Origin: an uncultured Nitrospiraceae bacterium
Lineage (GTDB): Bacteria > Nitrospirota > Nitrospiria > Nitrospirales > UBA8639
Direction: 5' to 3'
DNA: 64,000 nt
Assembly (NCBI GenBank): GCA_964503895.1
Contig: CAZDCF010000005.1
Coordinates: forward strand, 16,972 to 80,971
Position numbers and translations under genes: made by a program. The notes under the pieces are model-generated. The model saw only the letters and a program-made list of their open reading frames with translations, had not been told where the DNA came from and did no database searches. Shown piece by piece: positions 1 through 9,154 of this stretch (its first letter is position 1; each line of letters begins with the position of its first letter).

Positions 1-411
1 AATTGGTAGGAAAGGTGCGACAACCTCCAACGCAATATCCTGGGTCACAGTCATGGTCAGGACCACAGGACTGGACACCTCTTCTCCAACCTCGATAATT
101 TCATACTCACTTCGATATGTCTCTTGAATCGCACGTATCGAGAATATCCCATTTGCAGGCGCGATGAAGACAAACTCCCCTGCATCATCAGTTGTGTCGA
201 ACATGACCAATGCACCTTCTTGGTCACGCAATTCCACAGTTGCTTGGGCCACACGGCGCAAATCTTCGTTCTGTACATGACCCACAATCCGATGGCCCAG
301 AGAACCAGCCTGAGAGTCCTCTAAAAAACTAAAGACTGCAAAAAAGACAAAACCCCAAACCAGCAATTCTCGACTTTTTAATTTCCTTAAAAATATATTT
401 ATGTAAGACAT
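1..411 (-). CDS. N-terminal part (runs off the window edge) of an exported protein with a carboxypeptidase-regulatory-like domain; probable TonB-dependent receptor
   Basis: Own translation, absent from ORF track: ATG at 411, open to base 1. MSYINIFLRKLKSRELLVWGFVFFAVFSFLEDSQAGSLGHRIVGHVQNEDLRRVAQATVELRDQEGALVMFDTTDDAGEFVF...; signal peptide then IxGxV...ATV.L...TDxxGxF pattern typical of TBDR N-terminal extensions. The barrel itself is outside the window. Confidence 0.6.
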   Translation of the reverse strand, partial: MSYINIFLRKLKSRELLVWGFVFFAVFSFLEDSQAGSLGHRIVGHVQNEDLRRVAQATVELRDQEGALVMFDTTDDAGEFVFIAPANGIFSIRAIQETYRSEYEIIEVGEEVSSPVVLTMTVTQDIALEVVAPFLPI

Positions 412-545
412 AGTCACTCTATTCCAAAAAGAAGTAAGGGGTTGAAGGGCTCCTCAGGAAATACGCAGAAGACAATCATGTCCCAATGCATGCACACAGG
501 AAAAAGCCAACACACAACCCTGAAATGAAAAAAACAACGACGAGA

Positions 546-878
546 TTAGAAGAAGAGGGGTGGGCCTCGGGAGTCTTGGGAAGTGAGAACTACCGAAGAA
601 TAGACAGGATTTGATGCAAAGCATCGCTCTTGATTAACTTGAAGAGCAATATCGATTTCAACATGATCAAAGGCAATCGACCCACTGCCATTGGCCTGCA
701 GCCACTGGCACAAGTCAAAATCCGAGTGCTCATGGCCATCATGATCAATTTCCGAGAAAACGTGATGCACTTCTAATGCACCAGCAAACGCCAGAAGGCT
801 GAAAAAAAATAGTGCAACAAATATGGCTATCGCCGCTTGTGTAGAAGAGGGTCGATTTGGAAATTGAAAGATGTTCAT
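546..878 (-). CDS. DUF2946/CruR-like leader protein: TM helix, His-rich segment, C-terminal RGPP motif
   Basis: ORF track 546..905; start moved to ATG 878 because the promoter at 892-920 overlaps the longer start. Hydrophobic helix, HHVFSEIDHDGHEHSDFDLC, ends SRGPPLFF (RGPP codons 558-569). Confidence 0.7.
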   Translation of the reverse strand: MNIFQFPNRPSSTQAAIAIFVALFFFSLLAFAGALEVHHVFSEIDHDGHEHSDFDLCQWLQANGSGSIAFDHVEIDIALQVNQERCFASNPVYSSVVLTSQDSRGPPLFF

Positions 879-891
879 ATGATCGCTCGAG

Positions 892-920
892 ATCCTACCA
901 ACCAAGCTGTTTCAAGTCAA
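892..920 (-). promoter_or_regulatory. sigma70-type promoter of the RGPP leader/TBDR unit
   Basis: TTGACT-17nt-TAGGAT, with TGG just before the -10. Confidence 0.55.
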
Positions 921-923
921 TAG

Positions 924-940
924 TTGCAATTTGTTTGCAA
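924..940. promoter_or_regulatory. Palindromic operator-like site TTGCAA-N5-TTGCAA
   Basis: TTGCAATTTGTTTGCAA directly upstream of the -35 at 915-920. Confidence 0.4.
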
Positions 941-1054
941 TAAATAATTTGGCGAAGCCCAAAAGTGTAGTTACATTTTTCTCATAGGAAAAAGGATTCT
1001 GAGACTCTCGGGGGCTTGCAAAAAAGGCAAAACTCGTGGATTCAGAGAAGGGGA

Positions 1055-1486
1055 TTATTTTTCTACAAAAGAGGAGATGGCGGCAGCCAGTTCGGCGCCT
1101 GAGTTCAAAGCCGTGGATTTCCACCCAACACCGAGCCCCCCCCCAGCTTCCTCTTTAGGAATAATATGGAAATGCACATGAAACACGGCTTGATGGGCAG
1201 AAGCACCGTTATTTTGAAGAATATTATAATTTCTCACCCCTGTGGCTTTGAGAACCGCTCGACACAAACGCGGAAGGACCCAGCCAATGGCCGAAGCAGA
1301 TTCATCTGACAATTGATCCAGTGTTTCTGCTGGCTCTTTGGGAATAACGAGCGTGTGCCCCTTGGACAATGGATTTATGTCTAAAAAAGCAAGAACATAG
1401 TCATCCTCATACACCTTATGGCAAGGAATCTCACCATCAATGATTTTTCGAAAAATCGTATCAGCCATAGGAGACAGGATAAGCAA
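1055..1486 (-). CDS. HIT family nucleotide hydrolase (HinT-like)
   Basis: IFRKIIDGEIP, FLDINPLSKGHTLVIPK and histidine triad FHVHFHIIP; start may be ATG 1468. Confidence 0.92.
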   Translation of the reverse strand: MLILSPMADTIFRKIIDGEIPCHKVYEDDYVLAFLDINPLSKGHTLVIPKEPAETLDQLSDESASAIGWVLPRLCRAVLKATGVRNYNILQNNGASAHQAVFHVHFHIIPKEEAGGGLGVGWKSTALNSGAELAAAISSFVEK

Positions 1487-1861
1487 ATCTTACTCTGCAT
1501 GGCAAGATGCTTCTTTCTTCCAGTTTTGCTTGATTTCACTCCCTTGAGAACGACGATAGTTCCCTCGTCAGGAGTTTTTTAAAAAAATCATGGTGGATAC
1601 TGATTTTAAACAAGAACAATTCCAAATACGACCATACAACAGTTAAGTCTTTCTGGCTCTTTACTCCTTTCAGGCTGGTTTCCATTCTACGAAAAACTCC
1701 CGCGCATAGGGAACATATTTTTAAAATTCTCTGCTCCCGCTCACGTGCTTGATATACACCCTCTCATCTTGTTTCTATATCAGCAACCTTGACAATCCGA
1801 CAAGACATTATGGTACAAGTAGCACCCGAATGTGTTTTCACCTAAACCCAGGTTTTGACGA

Positions 1862-2305
1862 ATGCGATTTTTTCTGTATGCCGACAATCTTAACCCCACC
1901 CAATTAAAGCGGCGCGCACCAGAACACAAATTTTTATTTAAGGCCTATCTCGAAGATCACACAATTGGGCTATCTCGATTTTCCTCCCAATGGCGATGTG
2001 GCCTCGCGAACATTTTGCCCTCCCAGGGGGAACGGGTTTGGGGTGTAGTATTTGAGATTACTGACGAAGATCTAAAACTCCTGGATGCTTTTGATGGAGA
2101 GGTTCTAGAAGGCACATACCGCCACCTTGAAGTCAATGTCATGACGGAAAACGATCAAAAAGAATTAGTCACAACGCATGTTGCCCAAACCATTGGGAAA
2201 TTCAAAGCCAAAGACCATTATTTAGATTTCGTGGGTAAAGGGATCAAACATTGGGAACTACCAGATGAGTATCTTCAAATGTGGGAATTACTTCGTCCCC
2301 GTTAG
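1862..2305 (+). CDS. Gamma-glutamylcyclotransferase (AIG2-like) family protein
   Basis: FFLYADNLN, A-N-I-x-P, VWGVVFEI, LDxxDG...YR pattern; catalytic motif divergent. Confidence 0.7.
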   Translation: MRFFLYADNLNPTQLKRRAPEHKFLFKAYLEDHTIGLSRFSSQWRCGLANILPSQGERVWGVVFEITDEDLKLLDAFDGEVLEGTYRHLEVNVMTENDQKELVTTHVAQTIGKFKAKDHYLDFVGKGIKHWELPDEYLQMWELLRPR

Positions 2306-2416
2306 ACTGTCAAAAACATAGACTACGTCGAAATCACTCTCTTGACACCATGATGCCATCTTCCTTTTATAGGAACCAAACCACCGCTCAACAACCAACT
2401 AGCTTTCTCGAAAGGA

Positions 2417-2749
2417 GTGATCATGCCAAAACCCAAATATCATATTATGGTATGTACTAATACACGCCCACCAGGCCATCCAAAGCCGTCTTGCGGGTCT
2501 GAGGGATCACAAAACTTATTAATGGCCTTGAATATGGGATTAATGGAACGCGGCTTTCAGCCAGGCGAGGTCTTGGTGACCGGAAGTTCGTGCTTAGGTC
2601 CCTGTGAGCAGGGTCCCACGGTAGTCATCTATCCCGATGGCACTTGGTATTCACAAGTAAAAGATGAACACGTAGCATTAATTTTAGAAGAACATATCAA
2701 GAAGGGAACACCCGTCGCGCAGTTGAACCCCGATTCAGTCTGGAGCTAA
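2417..2749 (+). CDS. Thioredoxin-like [2Fe-2S] ferredoxin
   Basis: HIMVCTNxR..SC, CLGPCEQGPTVVIYPDGTWY; four Cys ligands. Confidence 0.9.
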   Translation: MIMPKPKYHIMVCTNTRPPGHPKPSCGSEGSQNLLMALNMGLMERGFQPGEVLVTGSSCLGPCEQGPTVVIYPDGTWYSQVKDEHVALILEEHIKKGTPVAQLNPDSVWS

Positions 2750-2776
2750 CCTCATACCACATCACCGCTTTTTATC

Positions 2777-3334
2777 ATGTCGAAACAACACGATTCTCAC
2801 TCCCATGGGCCAGGGCATCATCACGGCACCTCTTCCCCAGCAGAGCACAAAGCTCGAGGGCCCGCATCCATTCGTTGTGGAATCATCACCTGTAGTGATA
2901 CTCGAACACCAGAAACCGACAAAAGCGGACAATTGCTTAGAGAGTTATTGACCAAGGAGGGGCATCGAATTGACGCCTACCATATCGTCAAAGACGAGCC
3001 CGCAGACGTTCAAAAACTTATTCGCAATTTGGCCAAAGAACAAGCACTTGTAGCAATCATCATTAACGGCGGAACCGGCATTTCCCAGCGAGATTCAACT
3101 TTTGAAGCCATCGATGGATTGCTAGAAAAACGGCTGTTGGGGTTTGGAGAAATATTTCGTTATCTCTCCTACAAGGATATTGGCTCTCCCGCGATTCTTA
3201 GTCGAGCCACTGCTGGTTTGTATCAGGGGAAAGTGATATTTTCAATTCCTGGGTCCAGTGGAGCCGTTCGATTAGCCATGGAAGCCTTGATCATTCCTGA
3301 ACTGCCACACATTGTTGGGGAAATACAAAAATAA
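2777..3334 (+). CDS. moaB: Molybdenum cofactor biosynthesis protein MoaB/Mog family, His-rich N-terminus
   Basis: ITCSDTRT...DKSG, GGTGISQRDSTFEA, GFGEIFR, SRATAG, PGSSGAV. Confidence 0.88.
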   Translation: MSKQHDSHSHGPGHHHGTSSPAEHKARGPASIRCGIITCSDTRTPETDKSGQLLRELLTKEGHRIDAYHIVKDEPADVQKLIRNLAKEQALVAIIINGGTGISQRDSTFEAIDGLLEKRLLGFGEIFRYLSYKDIGSPAILSRATAGLYQGKVIFSIPGSSGAVRLAMEALIIPELPHIVGEIQK

Positions 3335-3359
3335 ATTCCGTGGATCTAGCTCTAAAACT

Positions 3360-4406
3360 TCACACTTCATTCGTTTCAACAGTCAACACAATTTTACCAA
3401 AGTTTTTCCTATCAAGCATTCGCTCTTGCGCAACCCGCGCATCATCCAATGAATAGATGGAATCGATAATAGGGCGTAGTTTATTCGTTTCAACAAGTCT
3501 GACTGTTTCGACAAACTCGTCTCGCGTACCCATATAAGCCCCAATAATTGTAAGCTGGCGAGAATACAAATAGCGCACATCAAATGAGGCCATCCTACCC
3601 GAAGTAGCCCCACACGTGACTAAGCGTCCACCTTTCCCGAGCGATCGCAGGCAATCCCCCCACACCTTTTGCCCAATATGTTCAATCACGACATTCACAC
3701 CACAACCCTGAGTCAAAGCAGCTATTCGCTCGGCGACATTTTCCTCGGAATGATTCAAAACTTCATCCGCGCCTAACATTTTTGCCTTCTCTACTTTGTC
3801 TGCAACACCGACAGTAGTAATAACCCTGGCCCCTAACAAATTCGCCATTTGTATGGCCATACATCCAACACCACTCCCTGCCCCCATAACGAGGACAGTA
3901 TCACCTGGCTGAACATCCCCCAAGGCCTTCACCATATGCCACGCTGTAACAGAAACCAAAGGAAAGGCTGCCCCTTGCTCGAAGGTTAAGTTTTCGGGAA
4001 GGGGAAAGACGTTTATAGCCGGCACGTTCACATATTCCGCATAACCACCATTTCTTTGTGCACCCAAAAGCTGATAGTTCCGACACCGATTATCTTTTTC
4101 GGCTAAACATTCACCACAATTTCCACAACCCATGCCGGGCATCACGAAAACAGATTGGCCTGGTGTTAAATGCCCCGAATATGCAGCTCCTACTTTTTCA
4201 ATCACACCACTCAGGTCGCAACCAGAAATATGAGGAAGAGCAATCTTATAGCCAGGAATGCCCTGTCGAAGCCAAATGTCAAGATGATTAAGTGCGCAAG
4301 CTTTAACGCGAACCAAAATTTCCTCATGACCAACTTGCGGTATTGGAACCTCTTCATAGATCAACTTCTCAGTACCACCGTGCTCATGGAAGGTTACGGC
4401 TTTCAT
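3360..4406 (-). CDS. Medium-chain (zinc-binding ADH/quinone oxidoreductase-like) dehydrogenase
   Basis: MKAVTFHEHGG, structural Zn CxxCxxC-x7-C, GAGSGVG nucleotide motif; catalytic Zn motif replaced (ALNHLD, GCD). Confidence 0.88.
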   Translation of the reverse strand: MKAVTFHEHGGTEKLIYEEVPIPQVGHEEILVRVKACALNHLDIWLRQGIPGYKIALPHISGCDLSGVIEKVGAAYSGHLTPGQSVFVMPGMGCGNCGECLAEKDNRCRNYQLLGAQRNGGYAEYVNVPAINVFPLPENLTFEQGAAFPLVSVTAWHMVKALGDVQPGDTVLVMGAGSGVGCMAIQMANLLGARVITTVGVADKVEKAKMLGADEVLNHSEENVAERIAALTQGCGVNVVIEHIGQKVWGDCLRSLGKGGRLVTCGATSGRMASFDVRYLYSRQLTIIGAYMGTRDEFVETVRLVETNKLRPIIDSIYSLDDARVAQERMLDRKNFGKIVLTVETNEV

Positions 4407-4429
4407 ATCTCTGCCTTTCCCGAGTGAGG

Positions 4430-5362
4430 CTAGAACAGTAGCTTGCCCTCAGCTACCATCACCGCTTGTCCTCCTACTTTTACTTCTTGAATCTTATCAT
4501 CATCTGAAAAGACTTGAACGAGAATACGGGAGGGTCGATCAATTTCATACCCTTGTTCCATAATTATTTCCGTGGTAGGGCCTACATCAACTACCCCATT
4601 TTTCACCAAGTACGCACCGAGTGCCCCGCTAGCGCTTCCCGTAGCCGGATCTTCAATAATCCCAATGGGTGCAGCAAACATACGGGTATGAATATGAGCC
4701 CAATCTTCGACGGCAATAGTAGTAAACACCATCATTCCATTGACTCCCAGACGATCACAAACTGCCATCGTTCCAGTTAATTCTACTTTAATCGACTTCA
4801 CTGCTGTAAGTGTCCGAACCGGAACGATAACCACAGGCAGCCCCGTAGAAACAATTTCAATCGGTAAATGGGTATCCACTATATTAGACTTATTTAGCCC
4901 TAACGCTCGACTGATTTCATACAGGTCTTGAAGATTATCAACCATTCCCAGAAATTGCGGTTCGGATTGGGACATAATCACTTGTTCCACGGACCCGTGA
5001 AAAACGCCCAATTCCACGGGGAAAAGACCAATATTGCATTCAAAGATAAACCGGGTCACCGGATCTTGCAGTGGAAACCTATTCAATAGACTCAACACAA
5101 AAAACGTTCCAATAACAGGATGGCCAGCGAATGGAATTTCTTGCGTTGGTGTAAATATACGAAGTTTGACAATAGCCGCAGGATCGGTAGGGGGAACCAC
5201 AAATACAGTCTCGGAGAGGTTCATCTCTCTAGCAATTTGCTGAAACTCTCGATCAGTTAAACCTTGAGCATCAGGAACCACAGCAACAGGATTCCCACCA
5301 AAAGCTTCATCTGCAAACACATCGGCTTTATAAAATTGAATGCGTCGAGTAGGAGTCGCCAT
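4430..5362 (-). CDS. PhzF-family isomerase/epimerase
   Basis: DVFA...GNPVAV, MNLSETVF, RIFTP..EIPFAGHP, EDPATGSA motifs. Confidence 0.9.
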   Translation of the reverse strand: MATPTRRIQFYKADVFADEAFGGNPVAVVPDAQGLTDREFQQIAREMNLSETVFVVPPTDPAAIVKLRIFTPTQEIPFAGHPVIGTFFVLSLLNRFPLQDPVTRFIFECNIGLFPVELGVFHGSVEQVIMSQSEPQFLGMVDNLQDLYEISRALGLNKSNIVDTHLPIEIVSTGLPVVIVPVRTLTAVKSIKVELTGTMAVCDRLGVNGMMVFTTIAVEDWAHIHTRMFAAPIGIIEDPATGSASGALGAYLVKNGVVDVGPTTEIIMEQGYEIDRPSRILVQVFSDDDKIQEVKVGGQAVMVAEGKLLF

Positions 5363-5517
5363 ATTTACAGGTTAGAAAAAACGAATTTGAGTGAATAGTA
5401 TTGGGACATTCCAAAACCTTCACCAACTCTTGGGAATAAACAATTTAGACTTAGAAATGTTAGCAAAAACAATTAACTATCGTGAAAATTTAAGGAACAG
5501 GCTGGCAGTAAAACACG

Positions 5518-6756
5518 TTAGGCGCTTAAAGGCAAGGCTTCATAACTCGAGGCTGACGGATTTCGAACGTAATCCTCCACAAAATTTTTCAGATTTCCGT
5601 TTCTGTAAAGTCGTGTATTCGCAAACTTGGTATCGATCTTATGCAATACTTTGACCTTCACTCCAGTCTTTTTTATAAATTCTTCCAAGGTCACACCCAT
5701 AATATCCATGTAAGATCCACGCCCAGATTCCATGACACTTTTAGGAATATGAATTCGCTTTTCATTCGTCAAGCGTTGCCGAATATCGTCAAATGTAAGC
5801 AGAACGGTACAATCCGAGTCCCCTTGCAGCATAGCATTGGGTACGTACAGAAATCGCGCGCGCTTCTTTCGATACATATTCAGTATCTTATGCACGCTTC
5901 CTGCCATCACCACCGTGTCTTTCTTCTCCAATTCAAGCGAATCAAACATACTTACAATTCGCTTCCGATTCAGAAAAGCCGTGACATACGCCTCTGTATG
6001 AATCGTAGTTTCATTAGGAAGACCCGCATCATAAATTCGCTCCGCCTCCACCGGAAGATACTTCCTGCCTTGCCGCATGATTGTAGTAGTATCTTCTTTA
6101 AGACCTCGAACTGGGGTAAGACAGCCCATCCACAAGATACATTTTTGATTGATGCGCGAAATCATTTCCGCGTCTTTGGACATCGTATGTTCATCGAATG
6201 AATAAAAATTAGCAGAGTTGACAGCCGGCCCATCCAACACCTTCATAAGATGCCGCTCAGAAGGTGCATGAGGCATGAGTTTTTCACGGTATTTACTCAA
6301 AGTTATAACAGACAATTCGAAGTTAATACGCCCAGGATATTGCGCAACGAGTTGATGAATTTTGGGGACATGCACAAACCCCACGGTAAAAAACGTGACA
6401 TTCTTATCTGTATGCTTCAAAAAATCTTCAACCCATTCCATCGCTTTGGGATGAAGGAACAGGTCTGTCCATTCCATATATTCATTCCCACCCAAACACC
6501 AAAACTGCATGGGATTAGTTGGCTTAGAATTAATATAATTAAGAATAAACTCCCAATCATCCTGCGTGGTTTTTGGCGGATCAAGGGTTTCACGGTATGA
6601 ATGATCGAGTTCATAACAAAAATCACATTCGACAGGACATTTTTTCCCGAGACTCAATGGAATCTTTCCCGCATCCATCTCGCGCTTCAGCACTTCTCGA
6701 TAATCTTTACCTTGAAGAACTAACGTTGGTTCGAGAATCGGAAGATCACGTCCCAT
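5518..6756 (-). CDS. Radical SAM protein, DUF512-like C-terminus, no PDZ domain
   Basis: CPVECDFC (CxxxCxxC); C-terminal VPN...LLTFDDI...IPKSVM...D..GVTLEE resembles the DUF512 region. Confidence 0.7.
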   Translation of the reverse strand: MGRDLPILEPTLVLQGKDYREVLKREMDAGKIPLSLGKKCPVECDFCYELDHSYRETLDPPKTTQDDWEFILNYINSKPTNPMQFWCLGGNEYMEWTDLFLHPKAMEWVEDFLKHTDKNVTFFTVGFVHVPKIHQLVAQYPGRINFELSVITLSKYREKLMPHAPSERHLMKVLDGPAVNSANFYSFDEHTMSKDAEMISRINQKCILWMGCLTPVRGLKEDTTTIMRQGRKYLPVEAERIYDAGLPNETTIHTEAYVTAFLNRKRIVSMFDSLELEKKDTVVMAGSVHKILNMYRKKRARFLYVPNAMLQGDSDCTVLLTFDDIRQRLTNEKRIHIPKSVMESGRGSYMDIMGVTLEEFIKKTGVKVKVLHKIDTKFANTRLYRNGNLKNFVEDYVRNPSASSYEALPLSA

Positions 6757-6871
6757 AATTTTTAATTCTTTACCTCTTTCCTTGAAACTTTTAGCAATAG
6801 GCTCTTTGACAGATACTCAAACTTTCTGCAAAACTTTTACTCATCACGAAGATATTAAAACGGCATACTCC

Positions 6872-7165
6872 ATGAATTCACCAACTACGTCAAAAAAAAT
6901 TCCACAATCTCCACCTGATGAATCCATCAAAAAAGCACTAGAGCTGTTCAAACTTCCTTTACCTCTTGATTCGACAACCTTATATCAACGTTATCAAGAA
7001 CTGCTGATAACCTGGCATCCTCACCGGTATGCAAATATGACGAACAACCCCTCTAAATACATGCAAATGTATAAGAAGGGCGAGGCTACGACCAAGGAAG
7101 TCCGGGCAGCTTATAAAATGTTAAAAGAGTGGCTAGATAGAGGAAACACGCCTTCTATGGTCTGA
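6872..7165 (+). CDS. J-domain-like protein with HPH instead of HPD
   Basis: ORF track 6782..7165, ATG at 6872. ALELFKL...YQELLITWHPHRY...KEVRAAYKML matches J-domain helix layout. Confidence 0.65.
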   Translation: MNSPTTSKKIPQSPPDESIKKALELFKLPLPLDSTTLYQRYQELLITWHPHRYANMTNNPSKYMQMYKKGEATTKEVRAAYKMLKEWLDRGNTPSMV

Positions 7166-7181
7166 CTAATTTACTCATAAT

Positions 7182-9149
7182 TTACTTCGCAGAGTGGCTG
7201 ACCACTCTGGTCATCCCAGGCTCTCCGTCTTTCCCTCCTTCTGGATCGGCCTTGGCTACAGGCCAAGTAATCAAACCTGCAACAGTATCTGGTTTAGCTT
7301 CAGCAGGCACATGGTTGGTAGCATAAATTTGCGGCAACCGATTCGTGCCGAATTTAGAGATATAGAGAAAGATCTGTTCGCGTGCATTAATGCGGACCGC
7401 CCAAGGTTCAAAATCATTTTGATAAAACTCTTCGCACAATTGCATTGCATCAAGACAATTCACGCCACCTGGTTCATTGAGGGTATAGTAGTAATCCAAG
7501 GGCATATCATATTCTTCTTGTTTGTGAATCGTGATTCCAAACTTTTCTGGATTTCTCACCATTGGGGTATGCCGGTAGGCCACAAAGTAAAACAGCTCAA
7601 CAGAATGAATATTGGACTTGTTATTCAGTAAAAACTGTCTGGTATCTTCAGCTTCCTCACGAGTTTCTCCTGGAAATCCATAAAACGCCATCACATGATT
7701 CCAAATACCAACCCTAGCCGCTTCCTTTAAATTATTCTCGATAACGCTCTTTAGAGCGTGTTTATCCATACGTTCTAAAACCCGTTCATTGGCAGATTCC
7801 ATGCCATAATAGAGCGTCTTACAGCCTGATTTGGCTGCAAGATCCCATAGTTCGGGATCCTGAAGAGATTCTTCAAACCGAATCAAAGTTGTCCATTTGA
7901 TATCGACGTTTTCTTCAATTAACAATTGCGAGACCTTCTTAAAAAGCGCAGGAGGATAGGATTCATCCGCAAACAAAAAGTGGTCTGCGTGATACTTTTC
8001 CTTCAATGCATTAACTTCGCGAACCACATCATTCGCGGGCTTACCTCGATATTGATCAAAATACCCCTGTCCATGATCACAGAAGGTACATTTGCCCCAA
8101 TAACATCCTCGGGTCGCAAGATACGGAAGAATTCTAGTTGGCACGAAATAAGAGTCCAGCGGAAAGCCTTCAAAATCTGGCAAGGGGAGGCTCGTTGTTT
8201 TTTCTGTGTAAATTTCTGAATTTATTCGAACATGCCCTTGCTCTCGATACATCAAATTCGGCACTGATGTCCATTCACGATCACCCACTAACGCTTCAAG
8301 TAACCACAGCAATGCATGTTCACCCTCGTACATAATAGCCGAGTCAAAAATCTCAGTAAAAAACGGTTCTTGCTTGGCTAAATCCTCTTGCAACCTAGTG
8401 ATAACATTTCCCCCAACAGTGATATGAACATCCGGATACGCCTCTTTGATCATTTTTCCAAAGGTCAACCCCGCAATAAGCTGCATTTGCGTTCCAATGG
8501 AAATGCCCACAACTTCAGGCCGTTCTTTAGCCACCAAGGGCAGCACCAATTGTTGGCAGACATCACGGTAGACATTTACCTGTGGATCATTCAAACACGC
8601 ATATACTTCACTAGACACACCAGGACGATACCCGAGGTTGCTTTCCATCGGGTAATAAACAAGCGAAGCTGGATAATAGGCTGCCGAGATATAGCGCATG
8701 ACATCACGAAATATATTCAAAGCCCATTCAAGTTTGCTTGCATCATAAAAATCCTCGCTTCGATTAATACGCTTGGCTTCTTCCGCATTGGCAGCCAAGT
8801 CCATGACATCCAAGGATAGAACTTCCTCCAGACAGGCTTTTTGATTGACTTCCTTTTCTGTTAACTCTCGACTAGTTTCCGCGGCTTTCAACTCCCGAAG
8901 TTGTTGGGTCATCCGAGCATTCACCCAAATCAGAAACATATCGCTAAAGAACAGTTCGTACATTTCAATGTTGATATCTCGCTGAATAACCTCATGGCCA
9001 TTTTCACGAAGCACAGCGGTAAGACTGGGAAGCGCAAGGTAAGGAGCAGTGGGCACCCATTCCGGTGGAAAGAGCAGCATGGTCTTTAACTTACGACCAC
9101 TTTTTGGCTTTGAACTTTTTGTATCAATTTCTATAAAGGAAGAAGACAT
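7182..9149 (-). CDS. B12-binding domain radical SAM protein (class B methyltransferase-like), paralogue 2
   Basis: LLFPP..PYLALPSL, PEVVGISI...VGGN...EGE cobalamin-binding Rossmann segment, TRGCYWGKCTFC. Confidence 0.88.
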   Translation of the reverse strand: MSSSFIEIDTKSSKPKSGRKLKTMLLFPPEWVPTAPYLALPSLTAVLRENGHEVIQRDINIEMYELFFSDMFLIWVNARMTQQLRELKAAETSRELTEKEVNQKACLEEVLSLDVMDLAANAEEAKRINRSEDFYDASKLEWALNIFRDVMRYISAAYYPASLVYYPMESNLGYRPGVSSEVYACLNDPQVNVYRDVCQQLVLPLVAKERPEVVGISIGTQMQLIAGLTFGKMIKEAYPDVHITVGGNVITRLQEDLAKQEPFFTEIFDSAIMYEGEHALLWLLEALVGDREWTSVPNLMYREQGHVRINSEIYTEKTTSLPLPDFEGFPLDSYFVPTRILPYLATRGCYWGKCTFCDHGQGYFDQYRGKPANDVVREVNALKEKYHADHFLFADESYPPALFKKVSQLLIEENVDIKWTTLIRFEESLQDPELWDLAAKSGCKTLYYGMESANERVLERMDKHALKSVIENNLKEAARVGIWNHVMAFYGFPGETREEAEDTRQFLLNNKSNIHSVELFYFVAYRHTPMVRNPEKFGITIHKQEEYDMPLDYYYTLNEPGGVNCLDAMQLCEEFYQNDFEPWAVRINAREQIFLYISKFGTNRLPQIYATNHVPAEAKPDTVAGLITWPVAKADPEGGKDGEPGMTRVVSHSAK

Positions 9150-9154
9150 AGCAG

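Noticed and set aside
4430-5362. Phenazine biosynthesis cluster
   Set aside because: Only a PhzF-family gene; no phzA/B/D/E/G.
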